Shown here piece after piece: positions 9,701-21,633 of a stretch of DNA of 64,000 bases. A program made the translations under genes and the position numbers. The DNA comes from Oikopleura dioica (Eukaryota > Animalia > Chordata). Under the pieces are notes generated by a model. That model made no database searches, was not told where the DNA came from, and worked only from the letters and a program-made list of their open reading frames with translations. Numbering within the stretch: position 1 is the first letter of the stretch; every line of letters begins with the position of its first letter. The stretch lies in NCBI GenBank assembly GCA_907165135.1, contig OU015567.1, forward strand, positions 14,322,001 to 14,386,000, given 5' to 3'.

Positions 9701-12515
9701 TCAGGGTGACTGGGTTGGCTCCAATTTGGTCTCGATCTCTGGCCGCTGGTCTCTCTTCTCCGCTTCTTTATCTCGTTTCTTCTGCTTCATTCTTAACTTG
9801 ATTGATTACTCTGGAAAATCTACACGCTAAGATCTTAATACTATGCCGCTAAGCTTCTAGCCTTACAATTCAACAAAAATTGAATGGGCACAATTTTCAA
9901 TTCGCCAATTCAATTGTAAATTGACCAAAAAGAGTGATCGATCATCTTCGTCGAGCAAAAAATACGCCCGTAATTACGATTTTCACAGAGAAATTATGCC
10001 GTAAAATTAATACGAAAACGGATGATCAATTGCGAAACTGACATTGCGCTTGATTTTAATTCGAGTGCCGAAAATTGAATCTTCCTACGATTTCAAATCG
10101 AAACTTACCGTCTATTTTGGAACCAGATCTTCACTTGAGTTTCGTTCAGAGCAAGATTGGAGGCGATTTCCACTCTTCTAGCTCTCGTCAGGTATTTGTT
10201 GTAGTGGAACTCTTTTTCTAATTCCGTCAGTTGTCGTGTTGAAAATGTCGTTCGACCGCTCCCGTTTCCTCCAGCCTGGGGTTGAAAGGCGCCGTATTCA
10301 GGGATCTTCGGAGCTGAAGCAAAATATTAAATTTATTTTCAATAGAATGAAGCAGGATTAAAGCCTCGTGAACTCTCAAAATTATGCTCGCATGAGGCCT
10401 TAGGTCGACGTTCTCAACTCGAAAACCTGTCAAGAAAACCTGAGTCAGGGTCTTAAACAGGGTCTGAGACTGAGATTTTAGTCATAGCAAAGCTGCTTCG
10501 CGGCTTCGTTTTGAATAAGCCGCTACGCGGCTTTTTATTTAAGCTCTTTCAGAACCCTGACTCAGGGTATATCTCCATGTTGCCAAGCCAAGAATGAGGC
10601 CATTTTCGAAGAAACACGAAAATATATGTCTTGAACAAACGGCTTTGTCTGCTCCATTTCCGGGAGGGCTGTTTGAGTACTTCCAAATACTCATCTTCAA
10701 CTCCACTCGACAATTATCTGTTTATTTTTCTCCCCATTTTTTAATATCGAAATTTTGGCGAGGAGGGCTGAAGAATGAAAATTGTGAGTGCGCAGGGGGC
10801 CGCTTACATCAAAGACATTCGAAAATTATTTTCGCGAAACACACTCGCGGAATGTTCCCAGCAGGCCAAGCTGCTGGTGGCGAAGGCACTCATTACACCC
10901 AGTTTTCCGGCGTTAGATTGACTTTGAAGAGAGCGAGACAAGAATTTTTCTATTCTGCCAATTTCAGCCTGGCTCCTCAAAAATATCCACCGCCGGAAGA
11001 GTTGAAACGATTCCGACGGGAGCTGTCTGTTTTTAGCTCTCTTTTTTTTTGGAAAGGGAAAGTAAAAAGGGGAGCAAGGCGCAGTCACACTTTTCATGTT
11101 TTACGATCGGAAACGGAAAGATACCCATAAATCAAGTTCTTGCGATGGCGGCCCGCCCGTGCGCCGCGTATGTAATGCTGCACGTCATAAAATGCGTACG
11201 TTTCTGACTGCTGTCCTGGGAAGTTTCCAGCGCTTAGGTCTACCCGTGCGGCTTTCTTAAAAATGAAGCCGCGAAGCGGCTTTTCATTAGAGCCCTCAAA
11301 ACCTGACTCAGCTTTTCAACAGAAATTCTTGAGCCTAGATTTCTAGCATCAAGCCACAGTAGGCGGAACAGTGGAACTGTTAGATTCTGAAGTTCACAAG
11401 TAGCTAGACTGTACACAGATTGACAATGGCCGACGAGAACTCAGAGTTGTCGTCTGTCGCGACCGAGCAGCCACTTCTCGGTCGGCCCGCGCGTTTCAAG
11501 CCACAACAAGTGTTTGCTACTTGGGAAGTACGAAGACTGAAACTGAACTCGCTGCCAGCAGCTCGAAAAAAAGTGTGAGCAAGTCCACAATTGTGCCATT
11601 TATCTCATTACGGGGCCAAATTAACTCAATTTGGAGTTGAAAGGACGATATGGTGTCAAAAATTAAATTTCGCGAGAGAGCAAAAATCGCGAAATTGCTC
11701 TGTCACATTTTTGGCGTTTTCTAACGCCTAACGCGTTGACATTCTGGCGCTATAATTTCTACTCCGCCGTGGACATTTGGGAATGTCGAGAATTGCGTTC
11801 GCGAGCGCAAACTCGAGGTGCGTCCCGTCTGACCTTGTCCCATCCATCAAAAATTGTGCACCAAAAGTGACATCATAACCCCTAACGGGATAGGCTCACT
11901 ACTTAGCCCGATGAAGGAGCCAGATCGGGTGAACACTTACTCTGTGGTCGGGGCAGACCCAAGAGCCCGGTTCCCAGTAAGAAAGAAAAAGTATTCACTT
12001 GGTCCTTCTAAGTAGCTTACTTTTGAAAACTGATATCCCCACGAAAATAAAAACGAAGACTTACGAGTTGTTTTCGGAGGGTTTCGCTTGATTTTCATCC
12101 ATTCGTAGGTCGGCCCATCATCTTTTCCTTGAAGACCAGTCGGCGACGATTGATCAGATTTGAGTCCGATGCTGTCTTGGCCACCAAAAGTCACGGGGCC
12201 AGTCGGACTCAGCGCGGCGTTGAGATGGGAGTTTCCGTTCGACGGGGTCGAGTAAGGCCCGTTGGAGTAGTAATGCGAGTAGCTCTGGTTATAACTTTGA
12301 GCGAGGTCGAGGGAGGGCTGTGAAGGCAAAAACGGCTGGTAGGAAGTTTGGTAGAGGGAGACGTCGACAGAGGAGATGTCGGAATAGCTGGCAGGTTTGC
12401 TGACGCTCGGAGTGGGCAATTGGGACAAGGCGGAGGTCGAGGTGTAGTCAGTGGCTGGGTAATGCACCAAGGGAGCACCGATGTAGTGCTGGTCGTAGAG
12501 AGAGTTTACCGCCAT
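9701..12515 (-). CDS. Hox1: Hox1 (labial/PG1) homeobox protein; exons about 12515-12065, 10313-10109, 9791-9701
   Basis: Hexapeptide [13 protein letters not shown]; homeodomain [50 protein letters not shown]|RMKQKKR with PG1-type residues; all junctions GT-AG and in phase. First in-frame ATG is 12515 (MAVNSLYD); an upstream exon is possible. Confidence 0.95.
10418..10570. mobile_element. MITE family A copy in Hox1 intron 1
   Basis: gaaaacctgagtcaggg ... aaccctgactcaggg inverted pair. Confidence 0.7.
11215..11338. mobile_element. Degenerate MITE family A copy in Hox1 intron 1
   Basis: Right TIR aaacctgactcagcttttcaacag..gagcctag and internal gccgcgaagcggc shared with other copies. Confidence 0.55.
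11839..11850 (-). promoter_or_regulatory. Candidate Pbx/Hox1 site in Hox1 intron 1
   Basis: TTGATGGATGGG on the minus strand; Meis-type TGACAG at 11700-11705. Confidence 0.35.
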
Positions 12516-13158
12516 CTGAGGATGAGGAGGATTTTGTTGATTCGGATGAGGAGCACCAAGTGGCGTCAAAGTCAACTGAATCGCCGAGTCTGCTTCTGAC
12601 GGGCCTTGCTGATCAGCAACTGTGCCGGAGGAAGTTGTCTGCACCGAGTTCTGGTCCTCTGGGATCGAGACTGGCGCCCTGGACAGGCCAAAGACTGGCC
12701 CCGCTTCGTCAGCTTCGGCCGTGATGATTCGAAGTTCTCTTACGTTTCTCTGTCTGTCGAGTCTCTTTGCTTGCGTTATTGTTGAGGATCAATCCGTTCG
12801 CTTTGTTGTGAGAATGTTTTGTATACGTTTTTCTAGGTGATGAAATAACTAACTGAAGAGGCTAGCAAGTCGAATCCATCATCGACCAACGAGACACGAG
12901 GTTCGAGAGCGCCAACCTGCGGCCAGCACCACAGCGCCGCGCCGAGCCCTAGGTTTGCGCGACTCGCAAATTGACGCTAATTAGCCAAATCATATGAATC
13001 TATACATTCCGGTCAATATCACTGCCACCGGAAAATTATGAAAGAGGGAATCATGATCATTTTCATCTTGATTTGTTTCCAGGACTACACGCTTCAAAAT
13101 ACAAGCAGATACAAACAATGATCAAAATCAATTCAATTCTCAGTCACGGAATTTCCTA

Positions 13159-13276
13159 GTTCGAAACCTGTGTAGAGAACCTGAGTCAGCGCCTCAGAGA
13201 TCTTCAACGAAAAGCCGCATCGCTAAAGATCTTTCTGGTCCTGACTCAGGTTTTCTACACAGATTGACGAGCTCAG
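13159..13276. mobile_element. MITE family A copy upstream of Hox1
   Basis: acctgtgtagagaacctgagtcag ... ctgactcaggttttctacacag. Confidence 0.75.
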
Positions 13277-13912
13277 AATGAAATTCAAAAAGGTGATCGA
13301 AAAGATATCAAACTCGAAATGGGTCCATATCAATTTGTAAATCCATTAGTAACTTAATTTCCTGCCATTCACAGCTGATTAGTCTGCAACTTGGCAAACA
13401 AGCTTTCGTTACGGAAAGAGCTCGTGGCCTGGAAAATTCAGCTCCGAGAAGCCACTTCTTTCAGTGCTGATCAAAGTGCGGCTGCATGACGCTTGCTTTG
13501 CTGAAAAACGCGGTCAGGTTTACTTTTGCCACGGTCGGCGAGCTTGAAAGACGCCCAGCCGAACTCTCCCAACCGGCTCAGCCGAGCAGCTAATGATTTT
13601 CAATAGCCAAATTTCCTGCAGCTCTGTAATCCCTTTCAAGGTCAGAAGAAAAGAAGAGAACTTGAAAGTTCTGGCGACTTTTATGAAAATGGATTTTATG
13701 AAAAGAATGAAATCATCAATCGATGAATATTAATCGGCGATTTGAATTAGTGAAAATCATGGACATCGTAAATCAAGTGATGGCATAGGCGGAAAAAGGT
13801 CAGAACATGATTAAATTTATGAAAATTATGATTTGATTGAGAATTTTTCCTCAAAACTTCCAGGAAATGACATCAATCCACGAAAAATACGTTAATTTGA
13901 GCAAAATTTTGA

Positions 13913-14317
13913 AGGTGAGAAACACTTAATCATTATGTTTCTAGATTTGACTGTGTTTCTCAGTTAAAAGTTGAACAAAAACAAGGTGGGAAACAAAGTG
14001 AGAAACACAGTTTCATTTTTTTTCTAGAGCAAGAGGTGTTTCTCAGTTGATTTTTGTTGAAAAAAAAGGAGAATTTCTAAGTGAGAAACACACTAGGCTC
14101 TAGAAAAAATTCCAGAAGTGTTTCTCACTTTGCTTCCCACCTATCGTTTTTCTTCGAAAATCAACTGAGAAACACCTCTTGCTCTAGAAAATAATTAAAC
14201 AGTGTTTCTCACATTGCTTCCCACCTTGTTTTTGTTCAATTTTTAACTGAGAAATACAATCGAATCTAGAGAAAAATGAATAAGTCTTTCTCACCTACTT
14301 TCCACTCTACGGTTTTT
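13913..14317. repeat. Modular foldback repeat (gtgagaaacac/tctaga/gtgtttctcagtt units), copy 1
   Basis: Left half is the reverse complement of the right half; related copy at 15035-15430 and a fragment near 9188. Confidence 0.75.
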
Positions 14318-14363
14318 CTGCTGAGAAAGAAATAATTTAATAAAAAAAACGACCACTCTCGTC

Positions 14364-14775
14364 GGGAAACGGTCGGACTCATTACCAATTGGTAACCCAT
14401 TACCAATTTTGGTAATGCATTACAGTGGGTTGCGCAGGTACTGCACCCCTAAAGAGCGGGCAAAGGGTGCAGCAGTCACGCAATCACTTTGAGCGAGTCT
14501 AGAAAGAAACAATAGAAAATGTGCGGGCGAAGGGTGCAGCAACGCCTCAATCACAAAGGGTGCATTACCTGCGCAACCCACTGTACCAAATTCGTCAAAA
14601 AAGTGCCAATTTTTTTATTCAAAGAGCGAGTGTGCGCTCCCCACCCGTATAAAATAAAACTTGTGGGGTGTTTAAATTATTGACTTGGCGAAAAAGTAAA
14701 AATAAATTGATAATGGACTATCAAAAATTGGTAATGGGTTACCAAAAATTTTGGTAATGAGTCCGACCGTTCCCG
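14364..14775. mobile_element. TIR element with 8-bp TSD carrying a nested TA-flanked MITE (14421-14585)
   Basis: TSD ctctcgtc at 14356-14363 and 14776-14783; TIR gggaaacggtcggactcattaccaa / ttggtaatgagtccgaccgttccc; nested tacagtgggttgcgcagg...cctgcgcaacccactgta. Confidence 0.85.
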
Positions 14776-15034
14776 CTCTCGTCCATGGTGGGTCAGTCGG
14801 ACCGACATTCTCAAGTCTCAGTGTTAGATCTTGAGCAAAATGTTGCCGCTACATTATAAACTTCAAATTTAAAATTTGCCTAATCAAATGTAACGGCCCG
14901 ATCCCATAAGAATTAACGACAATTGTCAGTTGAGCGACTTTTATCAAAAGTTAAAGCGACGAAAATTTAGAGGATTCAAAATAAATGTTTGAGAGAAAAT
15001 TGGTCCAAAAATAGAAACAAAGTTTCAATAAAAA

Positions 15035-15430
15035 GCAGGTGGGAAGGATAGTGAGAAACGCATTGAATAAAGTTTCTAGAGCTGATGTTGTTTCTCAGCT
15101 AAAAATTGTCAAAGACCGAAGTGGGAAGCAAAGTGCGAAGTACTGCTTCAATTTTTTCTAGAGCTAGGGGTATTTCTCAGTTGATTTTTAGAGGGAAAAA
15201 GGAGGAGTTTTCAAGTGAGAAACACACTGAACTCTAGAAAAGCTTCTCACTTTGTTTCCCACTTGTTTTTCTTTTTCAAAAATCAACTGAGAAACACCTC
15301 TTGCTCTAGAAAAAATTAAAGCAGTATTTCTCACTTTCCTTCCCACTTTGTTTTTATTAAATTTTTAGCTGAGAAATAACACCGACTCTAGAAAAATTCT
15401 TCGATGTGTTTCTCACTTTCCTTCCCAGCT
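15035..15430. repeat. Modular foldback repeat, copy 2
   Basis: Same gtgggaa..gtgagaaac..tctaga modules in inverted arrangement. Confidence 0.7.
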
Positions 15431-16927
15431 AGCTTTTTTGCAACATTTATCAATTTTTGGAGCAATTTTTATGCAAAAATAAGTTTTCAATTCTCAAAAT
15501 TTTTGTCGCTTGAATTTTTGATAAAATAAAGTTGGTCTCTCTTATGTCTCAAAGACATAGTAATGATCTAGTGTCGTGCATGACACAGTATCTCGATCGG
15601 AAGTCAGAAGCCACATCCGGAAAATGATGGAGTAGATGTTCCTGTCGCGGTTCTGCTGACATGTTCCGGCGGACATGGGGATTCTAGTGCTCGTACTTTT
15701 TGCTTTGGGAGGAAAGTTCGTCTATGGATTGTTTTATTTTTTATCACTTTTCCGTAAATTTAAGTGTATCGGCAAGAGTGGGTCAAGGACATCCCGGCGC
15801 TGTCGAAACGGATCACTTCCGTTTTAGATAATTGATCTTGACTCGGACGGACGGGCGAAGTTTTTCATCCCCTTTCCGGCGAAAGGAGTCAGGAAGAAAA
15901 CAAAGGGAGAAGAAAAGGGCTATTTCGGAGTGCGGCGAAGATTTATCATCCAAACTACAGACAGACGATGTCGTGGGAGTGGGAAGATGGATCCACGGGC
16001 GCGGGTCCGGCCATGTCCGGCGAGTTTGCTTTTCTGGGCTCGGCAACCTGCGTAGCCTGCGTCAGGGTCTTGATAAACTTTAAAAGCCAGAGGTAGAAAA
16101 TAGATCGAAATAGTAATTTTGGAGAAGCCGCTTAGTTTTCTGCCAGTATTTCTAACACAATGTTTAGTTTCCTTAAACTTTGCCTATGGCTTCTGCTTGA
16201 GGAAACACTGTAATCCGTAGTGCTGCCCTGAAACTGTCACTCCTGTGGCTTTCTAACAGACTGGCAAACAACTTCCGAAGGTGATTAATTCCTTCCTGCG
16301 CTTGATTCTCTCCAGCTGAGTCCTGATTTTTCGCCCCTCTGAGTTTTGGAACGCGAGGAAATCTGAGTTACTTTATTGATCAATTTGTCGGAGGTATGAT
16401 GATTGATGGCCTCTGGCTTAATTTGTCCGATACCCTTGACGGACAGCCCGTAACGGGGCGAAGAGCTAAACTACAGAATCAGTCGAGCGAAGCGGGAACT
16501 GTACAATTTTAGTTGTTTAGTGGATCTTAAATCCATCAGACTGCAGCAGTCCTTCGTTTTCTTCGTCGCCAGCTGCGGGTGCTTTTGACTTCTTCTTGTC
16601 AATATGCTTGTAGGCGAGCGATCGAAAGTACAGTAAGAATTTGGAACCAACGACCATCCAACCAAAAAGTGTCAGTATCAACCAACCTATACATAAAGGT
16701 CAAGTTTGAAATGAATACTTACTGAATAGGTACTGTTTTTACAGTGTTTCTAGTGTTTGAATCACTTGACTTTATAGTGGTCTGATTCATTGTTCGCTTC
16801 CGTTTTCGGAGAGAAAAAGCAAATACATTTACCTTTATGATTTTCTTCCATACAGACGCAATTGACAAAGCACTTGCTCGCTGGATTCATTTTGACATAA
16901 GCCCTCGGCTAATGACAAACAATTAAT

Positions 16928-17427
16928 CTACTGTATCGCCGTGTTACTCGCAGCTTTGTGTGCCCAACGAGAGCGATAATAGCTGGCCAGAAAGTCCTCC
17001 GTCAACATGACTTCTGTCCCTATTTCATCACTTACGTTTTTGCCACCTTCGGAAGCGATTGTGCAAGTTTCCGCGCAGAACTCGACGAGTTCCTTGCCCT
17101 CGCCAATGTTTTTCTCGGGCGCGTGTACGTGCACGAATCCTTCATAGCAATTATCTGAAATTGTCTTTTCAAATTTGTGGCATTCATATTGCCTCGATAT
17201 TGACAGTCTCTGAGCGCGAAAGGAATTATTTATAAAGGGATGAGCTGCTCTTTGCCGATGAAGGCAAATGAACGGCACTCTCTCTTGTCTTACGTAATAA
17301 TCGACTCTTTTCTTGGTTCAAAAAAGGGTTGAGGGGGGTGCTTACGTTTGCCGATTTTTTCGTCTGAAAGCATACTGGGACTGTTCGCCAAGACTGCAAA
17401 GATTAATTGCGAGCCAATTACTCTCAT
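16928..17427 (-). CDS. Small probably secreted Cys-containing protein, unknown family
   Basis: Exon 1 MRVIGSQLIFAVLANSPS.. ending at a gtaagc donor; last exon ECHKFEKTISDNCYEGF..FCAETC..AIQ-stop. Middle splice not resolved. Confidence 0.45.
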
Positions 17428-19045
17428 TTTGAATTCTTTTCTTCAACTCGATTCTTTCTTCACTGCTGCTCGTTTTCGATTTATTTTAGTTACAGAGAGA
17501 CTATCAGATTCTCGCTCGTTTCTTCTCTGTTTGCTGCAAGACGGCGGTGTCGGTGACGGGAGGTGTATCTATCTGTATGATAAGGATACGTATTGAATAA
17601 TTCGACGGGGGATAATTTTCTCAAGTCACAAAAACGCGGATTCAGCTCATGCAATCGCCAATCGGGCAATAAAGGCGAATGTAGGACGGTTTTATGCCGA
17701 GTTTTTTGGGTGTATTTAAAGAGGGAATAAGACAAAAAAGACAAAAGGAATAAATTCACCTTTGAAGGGTCGCCTACGACGCAGTTACAAGCTCAAGACA
17801 AGGAGGCACTGTGAGACGAACGAAAAAATATTAAAACAGGGCTGCGCTTTTCAGTTAGTAGCAGCGGTAATTAAAAATTAATCTCATCAAAAGCTTACTT
17901 CTGTCGTGGCGTTGGGGAGTCCGTTACATTAGTCATTGAATAAACTACTCAACCAAAAAGATCTACCTGTATAAAATGCTCTAATCGACTCTTTAGGAAC
18001 TCTTCAAAAAACACTCCATCCACTCTTTCTCTTTATTTTCAGACGCTGATTACACAAATAAAGGTCTCTGTTGAATAAAACAGGCAGCTGTCATTCGTCT
18101 GTCCATTTATTTCTGATTAGCAAAGTAGAGTATTCATCAACAAAGTAATTATTTATTCAAACATCTGGGCAACTAATGGTAATAGTAGTCTTCGAGATGA
18201 TTCAAAGTCGAAAATCTCATTCATCATTTTTTACGAAATGGATTACAACTGTGATATGCCGTAAGAATCAGTTTTTTTGACAAAGTGCTAGAGTTTATTT
18301 AAAAGGTTTGAACCAGCCCCAAAAGATGTTCTCGCTGAACTGATGAAATACTCCGACTCGTGCCCGGACTACAACGAGAAATTTGGGCATTTTTGTGTGG
18401 AAGAATTTGAGATTTCAGGCTTGATTTCTCGATAGAAACTTTCAAAATTTCCAAATCATCAAAGAAATCACGATTTTTTTTTTGCTGAAATCAACAAAGA
18501 AAGACTCCGAAACATTGTTCTAAAGCGCTTTGTTGGGTCATTAACGATTCTTGCATCGAACACAATTGCAATAATTATTCTCACTCTCACCTTGGCGTGC
18601 TTTATTATCTTTGGCGGTAATGCTGTAACGTCTGGCCAAGTAAAATAACGAAATTTCCTTTCAGTTCGCGTCAAGTTACGAAACTCGAGGCCTCAAATTC
18701 ACCACTCTTCTGCTGCCACCAGCACAATGTGCTTATAACTTTAATCTCTTACAAATAGGCAAATAAAAGTGCAAACTCTAAAAGTTTTTTCTAAGCGCAA
18801 TTTACTCCCGATGGACAGCAGGCCCTCGGGCGCCGTTCTAAAATTGATAGCAAGTGCAAAGTTGAATATTCTTTGTGAAACCGGCTCCTGGAACGGGACC
18901 ATTACGAACCTCATCCGGAATGCCATCGTCGAGGATGGCTGCTTGATCTGAATTTGAGCGTGTTAGTGTCAAGAAAGAGTATTTATTTTTCACAATGGCG
19001 ATACAATTGAAGAAGCGAAAGAATTCATAGGCCTCAAATTAGAAA

Positions 19046-19786
19046 ATGTCTAATCAAGAAAGTAACGATTCAAGTGAAAGTATGAAGGACTTTCAAGAGC
19101 TCAAAAATAAAATTCACCATCTACTTGAAGAAAAGCAAGAAGAGACCGCGTCTCTCCGCTTGCAAAAAAAATCTCTTCAAGAAGAAAACAAGAAAATAGA
19201 GGAAGAAATTCTACATAGAAAAGAAGACATTCAGAAATATCAAAAACTCCAAGAAATTCTTGATGAAGAATATAATTTGTTTGCTAAAAAAGCTAAATTA
19301 ATTAAAACTGACCCTTCATTTTATAATCGCTTGTCCTATTCAACGGAGGAGCTCCAACGTGAAATGCAACGTCTCATAAGCAGAACATTACCGGATACGA
19401 GGGATGAAGAGTTCTGCTTGCTGATGCAATCAAGTAGCCGTAGAGCCTTGTACGATATCAAAAAATTAATAAGGGTTTATAGTGCTAAAAATCTAGTTCT
19501 TTCCATAAATTACAAGAAAAATGTAAAGAAAATTAAAGAAAAAGAACTCGTTATTGAATCAAATTTATCCCACCTAAAAAGTATTCTTGAAAGGGAGCCA
19601 GAAATCCATTCATGCTGTGTATGTTTCAATGAATACAACCACGATAAAAACAAAAAATGTTGCCTTAAAGGTTGTGGCCATCAATTCTGCTTTTCGTGTT
19701 TAGAAAGAATTTCTAACTCCGATAGTAAAATGTGCCCTAAGTGTACCAAAAACTTTGAACCTGACTGCATTATCAAGCTTTACTGA
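19046..19786 (+). CDS. Coiled-coil + C-terminal C3HC4 RING finger protein (putative E3 ligase), single exon
   Basis: 246-aa ORF; heptad-rich N-terminus; CCVC-x16-CGHQFCFSC..CPKC. Confidence 0.9.
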   Translation: MSNQESNDSSESMKDFQELKNKIHHLLEEKQEETASLRLQKKSLQEENKKIEEEILHRKEDIQKYQKLQEILDEEYNLFAKKAKLIKTDPSFYNRLSYSTEELQREMQRLISRTLPDTRDEEFCLLMQSSSRRALYDIKKLIRVYSAKNLVLSINYKKNVKKIKEKELVIESNLSHLKSILEREPEIHSCCVCFNEYNHDKNKKCCLKGCGHQFCFSCLERISNSDSKMCPKCTKNFEPDCIIKLY

Positions 19787-20164
19787 ATAAAGAACAACCT
19801 GGAGTGAAATCAACGTTGTAATTCTTTGCAATCTCAATCAGATAGTTCTCCACCAGTGACCTCTTCGACGTGCTGTTTCAGCTTGTCCTGTTGTTTCGTC
19901 GAAATGTGTTTTCGACAATTCCCTGTCGAAAATGCTGGATGTGTTCCTTGCCGTATTTCGTCATGAGCTAATCTACGACTGTTTTTCGTCCTCAAAGTGT
20001 ATCTACTGTAGGATTGGTCCCTCGTCTATTAGACGTCTAACATATTCAAAACGGATTAGTAGCCCTTAAAAGGGCTTGTTTCTGGGCATGTGAAATGCTT
20101 CGAGATAGAGGATGCAGAGGACAACTGAATCAAGTGAAGGATGAACTAGGGAACCCTAACTCGC

Positions 20165-20553
20165 TGAACGAACCTCAAGACTACACAGAGAACCGCAATT
20201 TATCTAAGCTAACGAACCTGCAAATAAATGAGACAAACAAAGTATTTAAAGAAAATTGATTTTATTCAGGATACTTCAGCATGTCTGCCATTAGCAGGAA
20301 GTTTATTCTTCACGATTTTCATTTCCCTTTTCTTGGGTAAATGTGAAGGCGATTGATCTGCTAAACCGCTCTCTTATTGAGAACGATTTAACAGGATCAG
20401 ACATCCCGTCCTAAAATTCAAAAGTCAGCAAAATCTTCCAAAGAAACGACTTTCTTACCTGGAGATAGGTCCTGTTCGGACTGTCAAAATCCGAAGACTG
20501 ACCTGCCCCTCGGCTTGAGCCCTGACATCAACAAAAATTCTAGAGATTTTTTC
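20165..20553 (-). repeat. Segment duplicated in inverted orientation at about 38291-38680
   Basis: Near-identical stretch of about 380 bp including a gtaaga..tttag intron and an aataaa. Confidence 0.9.
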
Positions 20554-20952
20554 GAAAAATAACAAATCTGTGCAATTTTTGAGTTTCCTCGAGAAAATCG
20601 TCTTTGAATGACTCTTGTTCTTGTTTTGATGAATTCATTGAAAAAAAGCTGCTTCAAGTCAGTTTTTCTGAAGAGTGCATGAAATAATTTGTAAAAATAA
20701 AAATTTTTCATAATTATAGTTGATGAAGCTATCTCGTTCACGTAAAACACGATTTAACAAAGAAAATTTCAATTCTTTTAATTGAAATCATGGAAGAACA
20801 CACGAAACGCTTCTTTGGACGATACCATTGCCAATTGACAAGTAGCCAGCTATTTAGATCAGTTCTGTTAACACTTGTTGCTCAGATAATGCCACATAAA
20901 ACATGAAATGCAGCAATCAGGTATGAAAAAGTGGGGAATTTTCAGTAAAGTC

Positions 20953-21030
20953 TCTAGAATTGTTTTGAAATTTTTGCCAAAAATTTCATCGAGGGTTGTC
21001 TCCCTCACATCACTCCCCAGAGTATATAAA
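20953..21030 (+). promoter_or_regulatory. Histone H1 promoter (tctaga, agggttgtctccctcac, TATA)
   Basis: 17-mer at 20992-21008 is identical to 59622-59638 upstream of H4, with the same 22-nt spacing to the end of the TATA box. Confidence 0.75.
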
Positions 21031-21086
21031 CCCCGGGAGCATCAAATTTTCACGATCACTCTCTGATAGTATCTACAAAAGCAAAG

Positions 21087-21590
21087 ATGGTTCCAACTCC
21101 AGCTACCGCCGCCAAGGCCAAGACCCCTTCCCGACCCACCTTCACCGTCATGGTCCGACGGGCCATTGCCAACCTCAAGGAACGCAACGGTTCTTCCCGA
21201 CAGGCCATCGAGAAGTGGATCATCGCCAACTACGGCGTCGAGAAGGGTGGCCATCACCTCCGACTTGCTCTCAAGAAGGGCGTTGAAGCCGGAACCCTCA
21301 TCCAGGCCAAGGGTGTTGGCGCCAACGGTTCCTTCAAGCTCAAGAAGGTCGCTGAGCCAAAGAAGCCCGCCAAGAAGGTGATGAAGAAGAAGGCTCCCGC
21401 CAAGAAAGCCACCGCCACCAAGAAGAAGGTCACCAAGAAGGTGCCCAAGGTCTCCGCCGGCAAGAAGACCACCGCCACCAAGAAGGCCCCAGCCAAAAAG
21501 ACTGTCGCCGCCAAGAAGCCAGCTGCCAAGAAAGCTGCTCCCGCTAAGAAGGTCGCCGCCAAGGCCAAGCCTGTCAAGAAGGCTAAGTAA
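21087..21590 (+). CDS. H1: Linker histone H1
   Basis: Winged-helix core (KERNGSSRQAIEKWI..LRLALKKGV..GVGANGSFKL), K/A/P-rich tail, intronless. Confidence 0.97.
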   Translation: MVPTPATAAKAKTPSRPTFTVMVRRAIANLKERNGSSRQAIEKWIIANYGVEKGGHHLRLALKKGVEAGTLIQAKGVGANGSFKLKKVAEPKKPAKKVMKKKAPAKKATATKKKVTKKVPKVSAGKKTTATKKAPAKKTVAAKKPAAKKAAPAKKVAAKAKPVKKAK

Positions 21591-21617
21591 ATCTTCCTCG
21601 GAAGAGTTACTAAAACA

Positions 21618-21633
21618 GGCCCTTTTAAGGGCC
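21618..21633 (+). terminator. Histone 3' stem-loop (H1)
   Basis: ggccct-ttta-agggcc followed by acaaa. Confidence 0.95.

Noticed and set aside
10594-11130. 178-aa and 97-aa ORFs inside Hox1 intron 1
   Set aside because: No domain, no codon bias, overlapping on both strands; likely chance.
13913-15430. Repeats with spacers resembling a CRISPR array (also 63330-63653)
   Set aside because: Units are degenerate, irregularly spaced and inverted; eukaryotic context with no cas genes.
6400-16900. Retinoic-acid response element, or tRNA/5S/SL RNA genes near Hox1
   Set aside because: No DR2/DR5 AGGTCA pair or recognisable RNA gene found by eye; tRNAscan or Rfam would be needed to exclude them fully.
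18040-18960. Exon-like fragments on both strands before the RING gene
   Set aside because: Probably coding, but no consistent gene model could be built by eye.
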